Below are positions 1 to 7,672 of a stretch of 16,543 nucleotides of DNA, in pieces. The notes under the pieces are model-generated. The model was not told the DNA's origin and did no database searches. It saw only the letters and a program-made list of their open reading frames with translations. The DNA lies in the NCBI GenBank assembly GCA_040752575.1, contig JBFMGK010000009.1:29815-46357 (forward strand). The letters are read 5' to 3'. Position numbers and translations under genes: made by a program. Each line of letters starts with the position of its first letter. The first letter of the stretch is position 1. The DNA is from Candidatus Bipolaricaulota bacterium. GTDB lineage: Bacteria > Bipolaricaulota > Bipolaricaulia > UBA7950 > UBA9294.

Positions 1-20
1 GAGGTTGGGGCGTTCCTGGC

Positions 21-49
21 GGGGGGGGGGGGGGTCCCCCCCCCCCCCC
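21..49. repeat. G14-T-C14 homopolymer palindrome
   Basis: 14 G (21-34), T35, 14 C (36-49), just upstream of the RBS of the first gene. Confidence 0.85.
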
Positions 50-75
50 ACCCCGTGCTCTGGAGGAAACAGAGA

Positions 76-930
76 ATGCAAAGGACACTCCTGACGTGCG
101 CGGTCGTCCTCGGGGTTCTCGTACCATGGGCGGTCGGGGGCACGGGCGCCGAGGCGTTCTCCGGCGGGGATCTCGATATCGCCTGGGCCGACGAAACGAC
201 CCTCTCGCTGGTCGTCGTGCTGGACGGCGACATGCCGGTCGATCCGACGACGGCGATGTGGGTCCTGACCGTGATCGCCGATCGTTTCGCCGATGGCGTA
301 CGCGCCTGGCAGTTGCACGTGAGTCCAACGCACGAGAGCGTGGTCGTGATTCCCAACGACTTTCTGACAACCCGGAGTTTCGGTCCGGCGCAGCTTGGGC
401 TCGAGATCGCCGAGCACGTCCCGGGCCGATCGATCTCGCTTCGCATCCCGCGGCGCGGAGCGATTCCCGAGCTTGTTGCGCCGGGCGACCGGCTCGAGGT
501 TCACGCGTTGTGGGTTCAGCAGCCGCCACTTGTGAGCGCCGCAGTTCCGGAGTTCGTCGCCGGCGTCGAAACGCCTAGCACCGACGGCGCCGGCGGTGAG
601 GTCGCGCTTCTCTCGACGTGGCCGGTTCCCGAGATCGACGTGATCGTGCAGGGCGAGACCCTGAGGCACGCGTTCGCACTCCTGGACCCGGTGACCGGAG
701 ACGTTGTCCCGTGGGGTGCGGCGACGATTGGCCTGTTGCGCGTCCGCGAGGACGAAGCCCCCGAGATCCTGGAGTACCTGTACCGCATGCCCGACCCGGC
801 GACCGGTCGAATCGAGTACGCGTTCGAGACGGACAAACTCGAGGAAGGGATCTACGAGCTGATCGTGTGGACTTCGGTGAGCCCCGACTCGGTGCGGCGC
901 CGGATTCGCGTCACGCGGGCGGCCGGCTGA
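76..930 (+). CDS. Secreted hypothetical protein with C-terminal Ig-like beta-sandwich (284 aa)
   Basis: GGAGG at 62-66 precedes ATG 76, preferred over the track's GTG 55. Signal-like N-terminus MQRTLLTCAVVLGVLVPWAVGGTGAEA. C-terminus IEYAFETDKLEEGIYELIV..RIRVT fits an Ig-like strand pattern. Confidence 0.75.
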   Translation: MQRTLLTCAVVLGVLVPWAVGGTGAEAFSGGDLDIAWADETTLSLVVVLDGDMPVDPTTAMWVLTVIADRFADGVRAWQLHVSPTHESVVVIPNDFLTTRSFGPAQLGLEIAEHVPGRSISLRIPRRGAIPELVAPGDRLEVHALWVQQPPLVSAAVPEFVAGVETPSTDGAGGEVALLSTWPVPEIDVIVQGETLRHAFALLDPVTGDVVPWGAATIGLLRVREDEAPEILEYLYRMPDPATGRIEYAFETDKLEEGIYELIVWTSVSPDSVRRRIRVTRAAG

Positions 931-945
931 TGGCCTCCGTTTCAG

Positions 946-974
946 TAGACGGGACAAGAGGTTTCGGGTAGCCT
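946..974 (+). promoter_or_regulatory. Putative sigma70 promoter (leaderless) of the histidine kinase
   Basis: TAGACG (946-951), 17 nt, TAGCCT (969-974), 6 nt, ATG 981. No Shine-Dalgarno next to the ATG. Confidence 0.45.
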
Positions 975-980
975 CGCCGC

Positions 981-3428
981 ATGCTGGCGCGCCGGGTGAG
1001 GGTCTTGTTCGTCCTTCTGGATGCTTCGAGCGCGGCGCCGTGGGCTTCAAGCGCGGCGCGCGTACCGATCGCCGTGGCCCGCGGTGCCGAAGAGGGCCTG
1101 CGTGCGTTGGAACGTTCGACGTTCGACCTCGTCGTGTTCGATCGCGCGCCCGGCGAAGCCGGGAAGGCGTTGTGGAAGGCGGCACAGCGGCGCGCGTCGT
1201 CGGCGCTCGTCCTCGCCCAAGCGGGGCGTCCCGGCGGGCTCGTCGGCGAACTCGCGAAGCTCCTGGACGTCCTGCCGGAGTTCGCCCACCTTCGCGACGG
1301 CCGAGGCGAAATCCTCTATGCGAACTCGAGGTTCCGCGAGACGTTCGCAGGTCCCGACGGCAGACGACGATTCGAGGCGCTTCGAGCCGGACGCGAAGCT
1401 TGCGGCGAACCTGCGCCGAACGGCGGAGCGGCGCAGGGCGAGGCAAGGATCTGGAAAGCCCCCGACGGCCGTACGTTCGAGCTTCGCGAGCTGTGCTTTA
1501 CATCAGCCGAAGGCGAACGGCTGTGGCTCGAGATTGGATCCGACGTTACGGCCGAGGCCGCGGTGCGCGTCGCGCTCGAGTCGGCGCGCGACACCGTGGA
1601 GTCGCTTCCGATCGGCATCTTGACGTTCCGTTTCGCGCCGCCCGACCACCTCGTGCTGTTCGGCGCGAACGAGGCCGCGCTGTCGTCCCTGCAGGGCGAA
1701 CGGGCCGAGTGGCTGGGGAGACCGTTCGAAGATCTCTGGCCCCCGGAGATGGTTGCTCGCGCGAAAGGGCCGCTGCTCGACGTCGCGCGCGAAGGCATCC
1801 CCATGGAGCGGGAGGTCGTGGTGACGCGAGGCGATCAGATCCGTAGGGCGTTTCGCGTGCGGGCCTTCCGCCTGGCCGACGATCGCATCGTGGCGGCGTT
1901 CGAGGACGTGACCGCCGAGAAGCACGCCGAGAAGGAACTCGCGCGCAGCGAAGCGCAGCATCGTCTGTTGTTCGAACACGCGGGCGTCGGAATCGGCTAC
2001 TACTCGCCCGACGGCCGGGTCATCGCCTTCAATCGCGTCGCCCGCCGTTGGATGGGCGGCCAGCCCGAGGACTACGCGGGACGGTCGCTGGTCGACCTCT
2101 ATGGACTGGAGGCCGGCAAGTCCTACATGGCGCGCCTGAAGCGCGCCGCCGCGGGCGAGGTGCTCGAGGTCGAGGACCGAATCGACCTGCCGCAAGGAGC
2201 GCGGTGGTTCGCGTCAACCTACACGGCGATCCCCGGACACGACGACGTGGCGGCCCACGTGATGATCGTCTCGCTCGATATCACAGCGCAGAAGGAGGCC
2301 GAGGCGGCGCGAGAGGCGGCGCTGGCCGAACTCGAGCGCACGCGGCGCGAGATGAGTCTGGTCGTAGGTACGACGAACGAGATGATCGCTTTCTACGATC
2401 TCGACCTGTCGGTTCAGTGGGCGAACCGTGCCGCGGCTTCTTCGCTCGGGCTCTCCGCCGAAGAGCTCAGGGGCCGGCACTGCTATGAGCTGTGGCACGG
2501 CAGCGATCGCCCGTGTCCCGACTGCCCCGTTCTCCGGGCGCGCGACAGCGGCCGCCCGCAAGAGGGGGAGATGAGGACTCCCGACGGGCGGAGTTGGGAG
2601 ATCCGCGGCTATCCGGTGCTCGAGGGGGGCGAGGTGGTCGCGCTCGTGGAGTTCGGCCTTGATGTCACCGCGCGCCGGGCCGCAGAGGAGGAGCGAAAGG
2701 GTTTCGAAGCCACGTTGCGCCAAGCTCAGAAGCTGGAATCCATCGGGACGCTGGCAAGCGGCATCGCTCACGAGATCAACAATCCGCTCATGGGCATGAT
2801 CAACTACGCCGACCTCCTCGCGGGGCGCGTCGGCGATCCGACGCTGCGGGAGTTCGCACAAGGCATCAAGGACGAGGGAGCACGGGTCGCCGGGATCGTG
2901 CGCAACCTGCTCTCGTTCGCGCGCGGCGATGTCGAACTCATGAGAACGGCTCAGCCGACTGCGGTCGTCGAGAGTTCGCTCGCCTTGTTTCGGTCTCTCC
3001 TTGCGAAGGACGGCGTCGAGGTCGTGGTCGACGTGCCCGACGGCTTGCCGAGATTGGCCTGTAGGCCGCACCAGATCCAGCAGGTTCTGTTGAACCTGTT
3101 GACGAATGCGCGGGACGCTCTGAACGAGAAGTACCCCGGCGGGGCCGTCCCCGGAAAGCGTCTGCGGATCGTAGGTCGGCCGGCGCACGGCGGATGCGTG
3201 CGCTTGACCGTCGAAGACGAAGGCATCGGGATTCCCTCCGAGCATCTCGACCGGGTGCTCGATCCGTTCTTCACGACGAAGCCCCGCGACCGCGGGACGG
3301 GGCTGGGGCTATCGGTGAGCTACGGGATCGTGCGCGATCATGGCGGTACCCTATCGATCGAGAGCCAGGCGGGCGGCCCGACGCGCGTGCACCTTGATCT
3401 GCCCGCGGTCTCCGAGGAGGAAGCGTGA
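981..3428 (+). CDS. Cytoplasmic multi-PAS sensor histidine kinase (HisKA/HATPase_c) with degenerate N-terminal receiver-like segment
   Basis: H box AHEINNPL (His codon 2769), N box QVLLNLLTNARDA, G1 DEGIGI, F box DPFFTTK, G2 GTGLGLSVS. About four PAS/PAC units ending in DVT/DIT. No TM helix seen. Confidence 0.93.
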   Translation: MLARRVRVLFVLLDASSAAPWASSAARVPIAVARGAEEGLRALERSTFDLVVFDRAPGEAGKALWKAAQRRASSALVLAQAGRPGGLVGELAKLLDVLPEFAHLRDGRGEILYANSRFRETFAGPDGRRRFEALRAGREACGEPAPNGGAAQGEARIWKAPDGRTFELRELCFTSAEGERLWLEIGSDVTAEAAVRVALESARDTVESLPIGILTFRFAPPDHLVLFGANEAALSSLQGERAEWLGRPFEDLWPPEMVARAKGPLLDVAREGIPMEREVVVTRGDQIRRAFRVRAFRLADDRIVAAFEDVTAEKHAEKELARSEAQHRLLFEHAGVGIGYYSPDGRVIAFNRVARRWMGGQPEDYAGRSLVDLYGLEAGKSYMARLKRAAAGEVLEVEDRIDLPQGARWFASTYTAIPGHDDVAAHVMIVSLDITAQKEAEAAREAALAELERTRREMSLVVGTTNEMIAFYDLDLSVQWANRAAASSLGLSAEELRGRHCYELWHGSDRPCPDCPVLRARDSGRPQEGEMRTPDGRSWEIRGYPVLEGGEVVALVEFGLDVTARRAAEEERKGFEATLRQAQKLESIGTLASGIAHEINNPLMGMINYADLLAGRVGDPTLREFAQGIKDEGARVAGIVRNLLSFARGDVELMRTAQPTAVVESSLALFRSLLAKDGVEVVVDVPDGLPRLACRPHQIQQVLLNLLTNARDALNEKYPGGAVPGKRLRIVGRPAHGGCVRLTVEDEGIGIPSEHLDRVLDPFFTTKPRDRGTGLGLSVSYGIVRDHGGTLSIESQAGGPTRVHLDLPAVSEEEA

Positions 3429-3868
3429 GGAATCCCCTGCAGCGGGCGCTGGACTTCGCGGTGGCCAAGGAAGTCGAGGCTGAGGCTTTCTACAAGAAGT
3501 GGGCCGAGGCGGCGGGCGACCCCGCGGTGCGGATGCTGTTCGGCGAGCTCGGCGCGGCCGAGCACGGACACGCCGAGATGCTGCGCCACGTGACCCCGGC
3601 CGACCTCTTGGGGCGGCGCGAACTGCCCGGCGGCGACCTCGGCCTGTCCGAGATGCTCGTCGACGTGGCCCCCTCGCCGTCGTTGAGCCTTCAGGAGGCG
3701 CTGATCCTCGCCATGAAGCGTGAAGACGTCTCCGTTCGCGTCTATGAGCGGCTTGCCGGATTCGGCGGCGAGACCTCTTCGCTGTTCCAGTCGCTGGCTC
3801 GGGAAGAGCGCGGTCACCGGCGGAGGCTCGAATCGCTCTACGACGACGTCGTCCTTCGCGAGAACTAG
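3425..3868 (+). CDS. Rubrerythrin/ferritin-like diiron protein without rubredoxin domain
   Basis: Duplicated E..A..FY / E..H pattern (KEVEAEAFY, EHGH, KREDVSVRVY, EERGH). GTGA overlap with the kinase stop. GAGGAGG upstream. Confidence 0.85.
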   Translation: MRNPLQRALDFAVAKEVEAEAFYKKWAEAAGDPAVRMLFGELGAAEHGHAEMLRHVTPADLLGRRELPGGDLGLSEMLVDVAPSPSLSLQEALILAMKREDVSVRVYERLAGFGGETSSLFQSLAREERGHRRRLESLYDDVVLREN

Positions 3869-3947
3869 GCGAAACCTGCCGTCGCGATGCGTGTACATAC
3901 GCCGGCCGCGGACACGCGGCCCGAGCGAACGTTCGTGGAGGTGAAGC

Positions 3948-4508
3948 ATGCGGCGTGGAGGTTGGAGTGCCGCTTGGGCACTCGTGGTTCTGATCGGGCT
4001 GAGCGCCAGTGTTTTCAGCGATTGCGGCTGCGGCACGGCGGGGGAGCCTTCCTGCTACGCGACGTTTCTCGCCAGCGAGTCGATCGGCATGACGGCCGTC
4101 TTCCCGATCGAGTACTTCATGTGCTATGGCGTGACGGAGACGCCGATGATCCTGGGCTGGCGCGTCGAGACGTGGGAGGGAACTCCCGTCCAGGGCGTCG
4201 TCTTTGACGACGTGGCCGGACATTGGCAGACCTTCGTCTGGGATCAGCGCGGATTCGATGGCCAACCCGTCGACCCGGGGTTCTACCGCTTGATGGTCGA
4301 CACGACAGCGGGTGCGATCTCGGCCGCGGTGCGGATTGACCCTTGTTGCGCCCCGTGCACAGCGTGCTGGACCTGCTGCCCGTGCAACGTCTGCACCGAC
4401 CGGTGCCCGACGGACCGTTGTGAGCCCTACCTGGCCCTCAACGTTGCGGCCGCGCGGTCCTGCTGTGGACTCGGCGTCGAGATCCACATCACGATCGGCG
4501 GTCCCTAG
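3948..4508 (+). CDS. Secreted Cys-rich protein with FlgD-Ig-like domain
   Basis: GGAGGTGA RBS at 3937-3944. Signal peptide. FVWDQRGFDGQPVDPGFYRLMV matches the FlgD-Ig W-D-G..G..V..G.Y pattern. 16 Cys in total. Confidence 0.75.
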   Translation: MRRGGWSAAWALVVLIGLSASVFSDCGCGTAGEPSCYATFLASESIGMTAVFPIEYFMCYGVTETPMILGWRVETWEGTPVQGVVFDDVAGHWQTFVWDQRGFDGQPVDPGFYRLMVDTTAGAISAAVRIDPCCAPCTACWTCCPCNVCTDRCPTDRCEPYLALNVAAARSCCGLGVEIHITIGGP

Positions 4509-4624
4509 CCCACGCAGAGGAAGAGACCGATGTCCTCTCGGTCCTGGACGTGCGGCCTGGCCTCGATGCCGTGGAGGGCCTACGTTCTCGTGACGAGATA
4601 AGGCACGACGCCTCCTTGACTCCG

Positions 4625-4670
4625 GGAGGGAGGGAGCGAACGAGAGCCGCTCACCTCCCTCCTCTTCCTT
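4625..4670 (+). terminator. Strong hairpin followed by pyrimidine tract (possible intrinsic terminator)
   Basis: GGAGGGAGG-GAGCG (4625-4638) pairs with CGCTC-A-CCTCCCTCC (4648-4662), then TCTTCCTT. The U-tract is imperfect. Confidence 0.4.
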
Positions 4671-4702
4671 CTCGTCCCTTGTGCTTCCGCCCTACGTTGG
4701 GG

Positions 4703-4730
4703 TTGATCCGCGGATCGCTCCGCGTAGACT
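4703..4730 (+). promoter_or_regulatory. Putative sigma70 promoter (leaderless) of the LRR gene
   Basis: TTGATC (4703-4708), 16 nt, TAGACT (4725-4730), 7 nt, ATG 4738. No SD. Confidence 0.5.
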
Positions 4731-4737
4731 CACCGCG

Positions 4738-5832
4738 ATGTCCGTCGGGTCTCGCGTCCTCTTGCGGGCGGCGTGTTTAGCCCTGGCCGTTGTGGCCGTG
4801 CTCCTGTTCGGCCCCGCACGTCGCGCCGTTGAGGCGACGTTCGCCGATCCTGGGCTCGAAGCCGCGGTGCGAGAGGCGGTCGGCCGGCCGGCCGGGCCGC
4901 TCGATCGCGGCGAACTCGCGCGGCTCGTCGAGCTGCGGGCCGTCGGACGCGAGATCGCCTCCCTGGACGGGATCGAGGTTTGTCGCGGTCTGCGGGCGGC
5001 TGATCTGGGAGAGAACCGGATTGCCGACCTGCGGCCCCTCGCGGGGCTCAGCCAACTCGAGACGCTCATCCTGCGGAGTAACGCCGTTGAGGACGTTTCT
5101 CCGCTCGCCGAGCTCACCCAGCTCCAGAAACTCGACCTCGACTTCAACTCGCTGCACGATGCCGCCCCACTCGCCGGGCTTCGGAATTTGCGCTGGCTTG
5201 GCCTCTGGGGAAGCCGCCTGCACGACATCACGCCGCTCGCCGGACTCCTCGAGCTCCGCGAGTTGGGCCTGAGCCGGTGCCCGATTGTCGATTTCGCTCC
5301 GCTGTCCGGTCTCGTCCATCTCGAGTGGCTTGGGCTCCCGGGCACGGGCCTTGTCGACCTCTCCTTCCTGACGCCCCTCGTGCGGCTCAAGAGGCTCAGC
5401 CTTGGCGAGAACGCGGTCGTTGACCTGTCGCCCCTCTCGGGCCTCGTCGGACTGGAGTTTCTTGGACTGAGTGAGAACCAGATCGAAGACGTCTCAGCGC
5501 TTGCCGGCCTGACGAAGTTGCGGCGGCTCAGCCTCTGGAAGAACCAGGTGACGAACGTCGAACCGCTGGCCGGCATGACCCGTCTCGAGCGGCTGTGGCT
5601 CGACCAGAATCCGGTCGAGGACGTGTCGGTCGTCGAGGCGATGACACAGCTCGAGGTGCTGGGGCTCTCCGAGACGCTGGTCGGAGACCTCTCGCCACTC
5701 GTTCGGAACGCCGGCCTGGGCGAGGGCGACTCCGTCGACCTGCGCGGCGTCGCGCTCGCGCCGGCGACGCTTGAGTTCGTGTCGCGCCTGGAAGCCCGCG
5801 GCGTCCGCGTGGAGCGGACGGCCGACCTCTAG
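4738..5832 (+). CDS. Secreted or anchored internalin-type leucine-rich repeat protein (364 aa)
   Basis: Hydrophobic N-terminus, N-cap FADPGLEAAVREAVG, about 12 22-aa repeats LxxLxLxxNxIxDLSPLAG, C-cap GLGEGDSVDLRG...LEARGVRV. Confidence 0.92.
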   Translation: MSVGSRVLLRAACLALAVVAVLLFGPARRAVEATFADPGLEAAVREAVGRPAGPLDRGELARLVELRAVGREIASLDGIEVCRGLRAADLGENRIADLRPLAGLSQLETLILRSNAVEDVSPLAELTQLQKLDLDFNSLHDAAPLAGLRNLRWLGLWGSRLHDITPLAGLLELRELGLSRCPIVDFAPLSGLVHLEWLGLPGTGLVDLSFLTPLVRLKRLSLGENAVVDLSPLSGLVGLEFLGLSENQIEDVSALAGLTKLRRLSLWKNQVTNVEPLAGMTRLERLWLDQNPVEDVSVVEAMTQLEVLGLSETLVGDLSPLVRNAGLGEGDSVDLRGVALAPATLEFVSRLEARGVRVERTADL

Positions 5833-7055
5833 CTGCGCCCGCGATCGACGTACTGGTTGTGGAAGATGAACAGCTGTGCCGAGTCGAAGTTCGTGAACAC
5901 GAGCTTCCACAGGTTCACGACGATGTAGAACCAGAGCATGAGGATCGGCAGCGGGTCGCGGCGACTGGCGATGTCGTCGGGGACCTTCCGATCGGCCCAC
6001 CAAGCCTTGCGCAGCTCCCGCTCGCGCGACCAATCCTTGAAGCTCGCGAGGTAGCTCTCGAGAAGCCAAACGAAGTCGCCGAACCCGATCTTCGTGCGAA
6101 CGCCGGCCTTGACGGGCGGGAGCGCGCCGACCGCCTCCCCGCTCGCGAGCTTCACCCACGGTTCGATCATGTCGCAGCCTCCGTGGTGGGCCATCGCGAC
6201 GGCCGGCGTGATCCGGCAGTTGCCGTCGACAAGGTACGGTTTCCCCGTACCGGTCTGGATCACGAAGTCGAACCCGACGAATCCGCTGTAATTCAGGTGT
6301 CGAACGATCTTGGCGGCCTCTGCCTGGCAGGCGGGATCCGGCCGGCTCTCGCGGCACACGGTGGTGCCGCCGCTGCGCGGCATCGTTCGAATGCCCTGGT
6401 ACATCACTTCGCCGAGCACGCGCCCCTCCGAGCACAGGTGCAGGGTGCAGGTGGTCGGTCCCTCGATGAACTGCTGGATCATCGGCAGGTCGGTTTCGGG
6501 TAGCTTGTTGACTTTTACGACGTCAAAGTACTGCCGTTCGAACGTGTCCCGCGTGCGGAGAATGCGGAACCCCGCCGCGCCGGAGGTCTGCCGCATCTTG
6601 ATCACCGCCGGCAGCTCGATCCGCGCGATGATCTCCTTCGCCTCGGCGAGGCTCTTCGGGGCGTGCGTCTCGGGCGTTGCGACGCCGAGATCTCGGGCCA
6701 TCGCCGCGAGCCGCGTCTTGTCGTGGAGCGTCAGAAGCGTCTCCGTGTCCATCATGAGGGTCTTCGTCGCGGCGAGCAGGCGGTCTCTCTGGTGGCTCAG
6801 GAGGATGATTTCCTCGTAGTTCGGGAAGTAGTACTCGTATCCGCCGGTCTCCAGCTCCCGCAGCACGGCCTCGGCGTACTCGACGGGGTGGTAGCGCATG
6901 TTCGGAACGTGGAGGCGCCGCCGTACGTACTTCGAGAACCCGGCGTAGGCCAGTCGGTGCCCCTCGGCCGCGACCACCTCGAACCCCATCTCGCCGAGCC
7001 GACGAATCGCGTGGACCGCAGCCGGCTCAAACAGACCGGTGACGAGAACCTTCAT
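5829..7055 (-). CDS. ATP-grasp carboxylate-amine ligase family protein (408 aa)
   Basis: AAGGAG RBS (7063-7068) before MKVLVTG. Motifs LHDKTRL, LPAVIKMRQTSGAAG, IQQFIEG, GFVGFDFV, YLVDGNCR. Substrate unknown. Confidence 0.88.
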   Translation of the reverse strand: MKVLVTGLFEPAAVHAIRRLGEMGFEVVAAEGHRLAYAGFSKYVRRRLHVPNMRYHPVEYAEAVLRELETGGYEYYFPNYEEIILLSHQRDRLLAATKTLMMDTETLLTLHDKTRLAAMARDLGVATPETHAPKSLAEAKEIIARIELPAVIKMRQTSGAAGFRILRTRDTFERQYFDVVKVNKLPETDLPMIQQFIEGPTTCTLHLCSEGRVLGEVMYQGIRTMPRSGGTTVCRESRPDPACQAEAAKIVRHLNYSGFVGFDFVIQTGTGKPYLVDGNCRITPAVAMAHHGGCDMIEPWVKLASGEAVGALPPVKAGVRTKIGFGDFVWLLESYLASFKDWSRERELRKAWWADRKVPDDIASRRDPLPILMLWFYIVVNLWKLVFTNFDSAQLFIFHNQYVDRGRS

Positions 7056-7150
7056 GGGACGTCTCCTTCGCTCGCCGGCCTGCCTGGGGCCGGCGACAAT
7101 GCGCGCATTGTACACCGGCGGTGCCATTCCGTGAGAATCCAGCGGTGACA

Positions 7151-7192
7151 CAAAGAATGTGCCGCGGGCGTCGCAGAAGCGACGGCCGCGGC
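7151..7192 (-). terminator. Putative intrinsic terminator after the 73-aa gene
   Basis: GCCGCGG-g-CGTCGC / GCGACG-g-CCGCGGC stem (7161-7192) with 4-nt loop, followed on the minus strand by ACATTCTTTG. Confidence 0.6.
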
Positions 7193-7206
7193 AGTCTCGG
7201 TTTCTT

Positions 7207-7428
7207 CTAGATGGAGCCTCGCTCGTCGAGTGCCAGCAGCAGCTCGCGCTCGAGCTCGGCCCGATTCAGCCCGCTCTCGAGCCCCTGTTCGACGGCCTGG
7301 CGCAGACGGGCCCTTGCGCGGTGGCGGACTTGCCGGTCGCGCACAGCCCTCCCCGTGGCGGCAGCTGCGAGGCGCTCTTGGGTCCTCTGGCGCTCGGCCT
7401 CCACCATCAGGTACGGTGCTTGCAGCAT
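7207..7428 (-). CDS. Small alpha-helical hypothetical protein (73 aa)
   Basis: AGGAGG RBS (7434-7439) before ATG 7428. Amphipathic helical sequence MLQAPYLMVEAERQRTQERL...LRQAVEQGLESGLNRAELERELLLAL. Terminator-like hairpin downstream. Confidence 0.65.
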   Translation of the reverse strand: MLQAPYLMVEAERQRTQERLAAAATGRAVRDRQVRHRARARLRQAVEQGLESGLNRAELERELLLALDERGSI

Positions 7429-7627
7429 GGAAGCCTCCTGGTCTCTCCTTCGCCGGACCGTCCGGCGGAACGGTCTCGACCCCGACCACCTTGGCGGCCG
7501 GTGCTTGGGTCGAGTCACATCATGAGTAGCGTCCGCGAGTGTGAAGGTTCAACGTCTCGCCGGCGTTGCGCTCTAGGGCAGTCCGTCTCGCGAGCGTCGC
7601 GACCGGGCCTGATCTCCCGTCAGGGGT

Positions 7628-7656
7628 TTGGCAGGCCGCGACCGGCCGCGTAGACT
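7628..7656 (+). promoter_or_regulatory. Putative sigma70 promoter
   Basis: TTGGCA (7628-7633), 17 nt, TAGACT (7651-7656), then GGAGG and ATG 7673. Confidence 0.55.
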
Positions 7657-7672
7657 GCGGCGGAGGTGCGGG

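Noticed and set aside
3926..3935. CGAACGTTCG palindrome as a LexA box
   Set aside because: It lacks the 4-nt spacer of GAAC-N4-GTTC, and the downstream gene is not SOS-like.
4344..4425. Cys cluster as ferredoxin or cytochrome c
   Set aside because: No CxxCH heme motif and no ferredoxin fold context. The Cys spacing only loosely resembles a ferredoxin motif and sits on an exported Ig-like protein.
4910..5710. Periodic DNA similarity as a CRISPR or tandem array
   Set aside because: The 66-nt periodicity is fully explained by LRR coding.
5829..7428. ATP-grasp plus small upstream ORF as a graspetide RiPP cluster
   Set aside because: The peptide has no repeated Thr/Ser/Lys-Asp/Glu core motifs, a terminator-like hairpin separates the genes, and the enzyme looks like a generic carboxylate-amine ligase.
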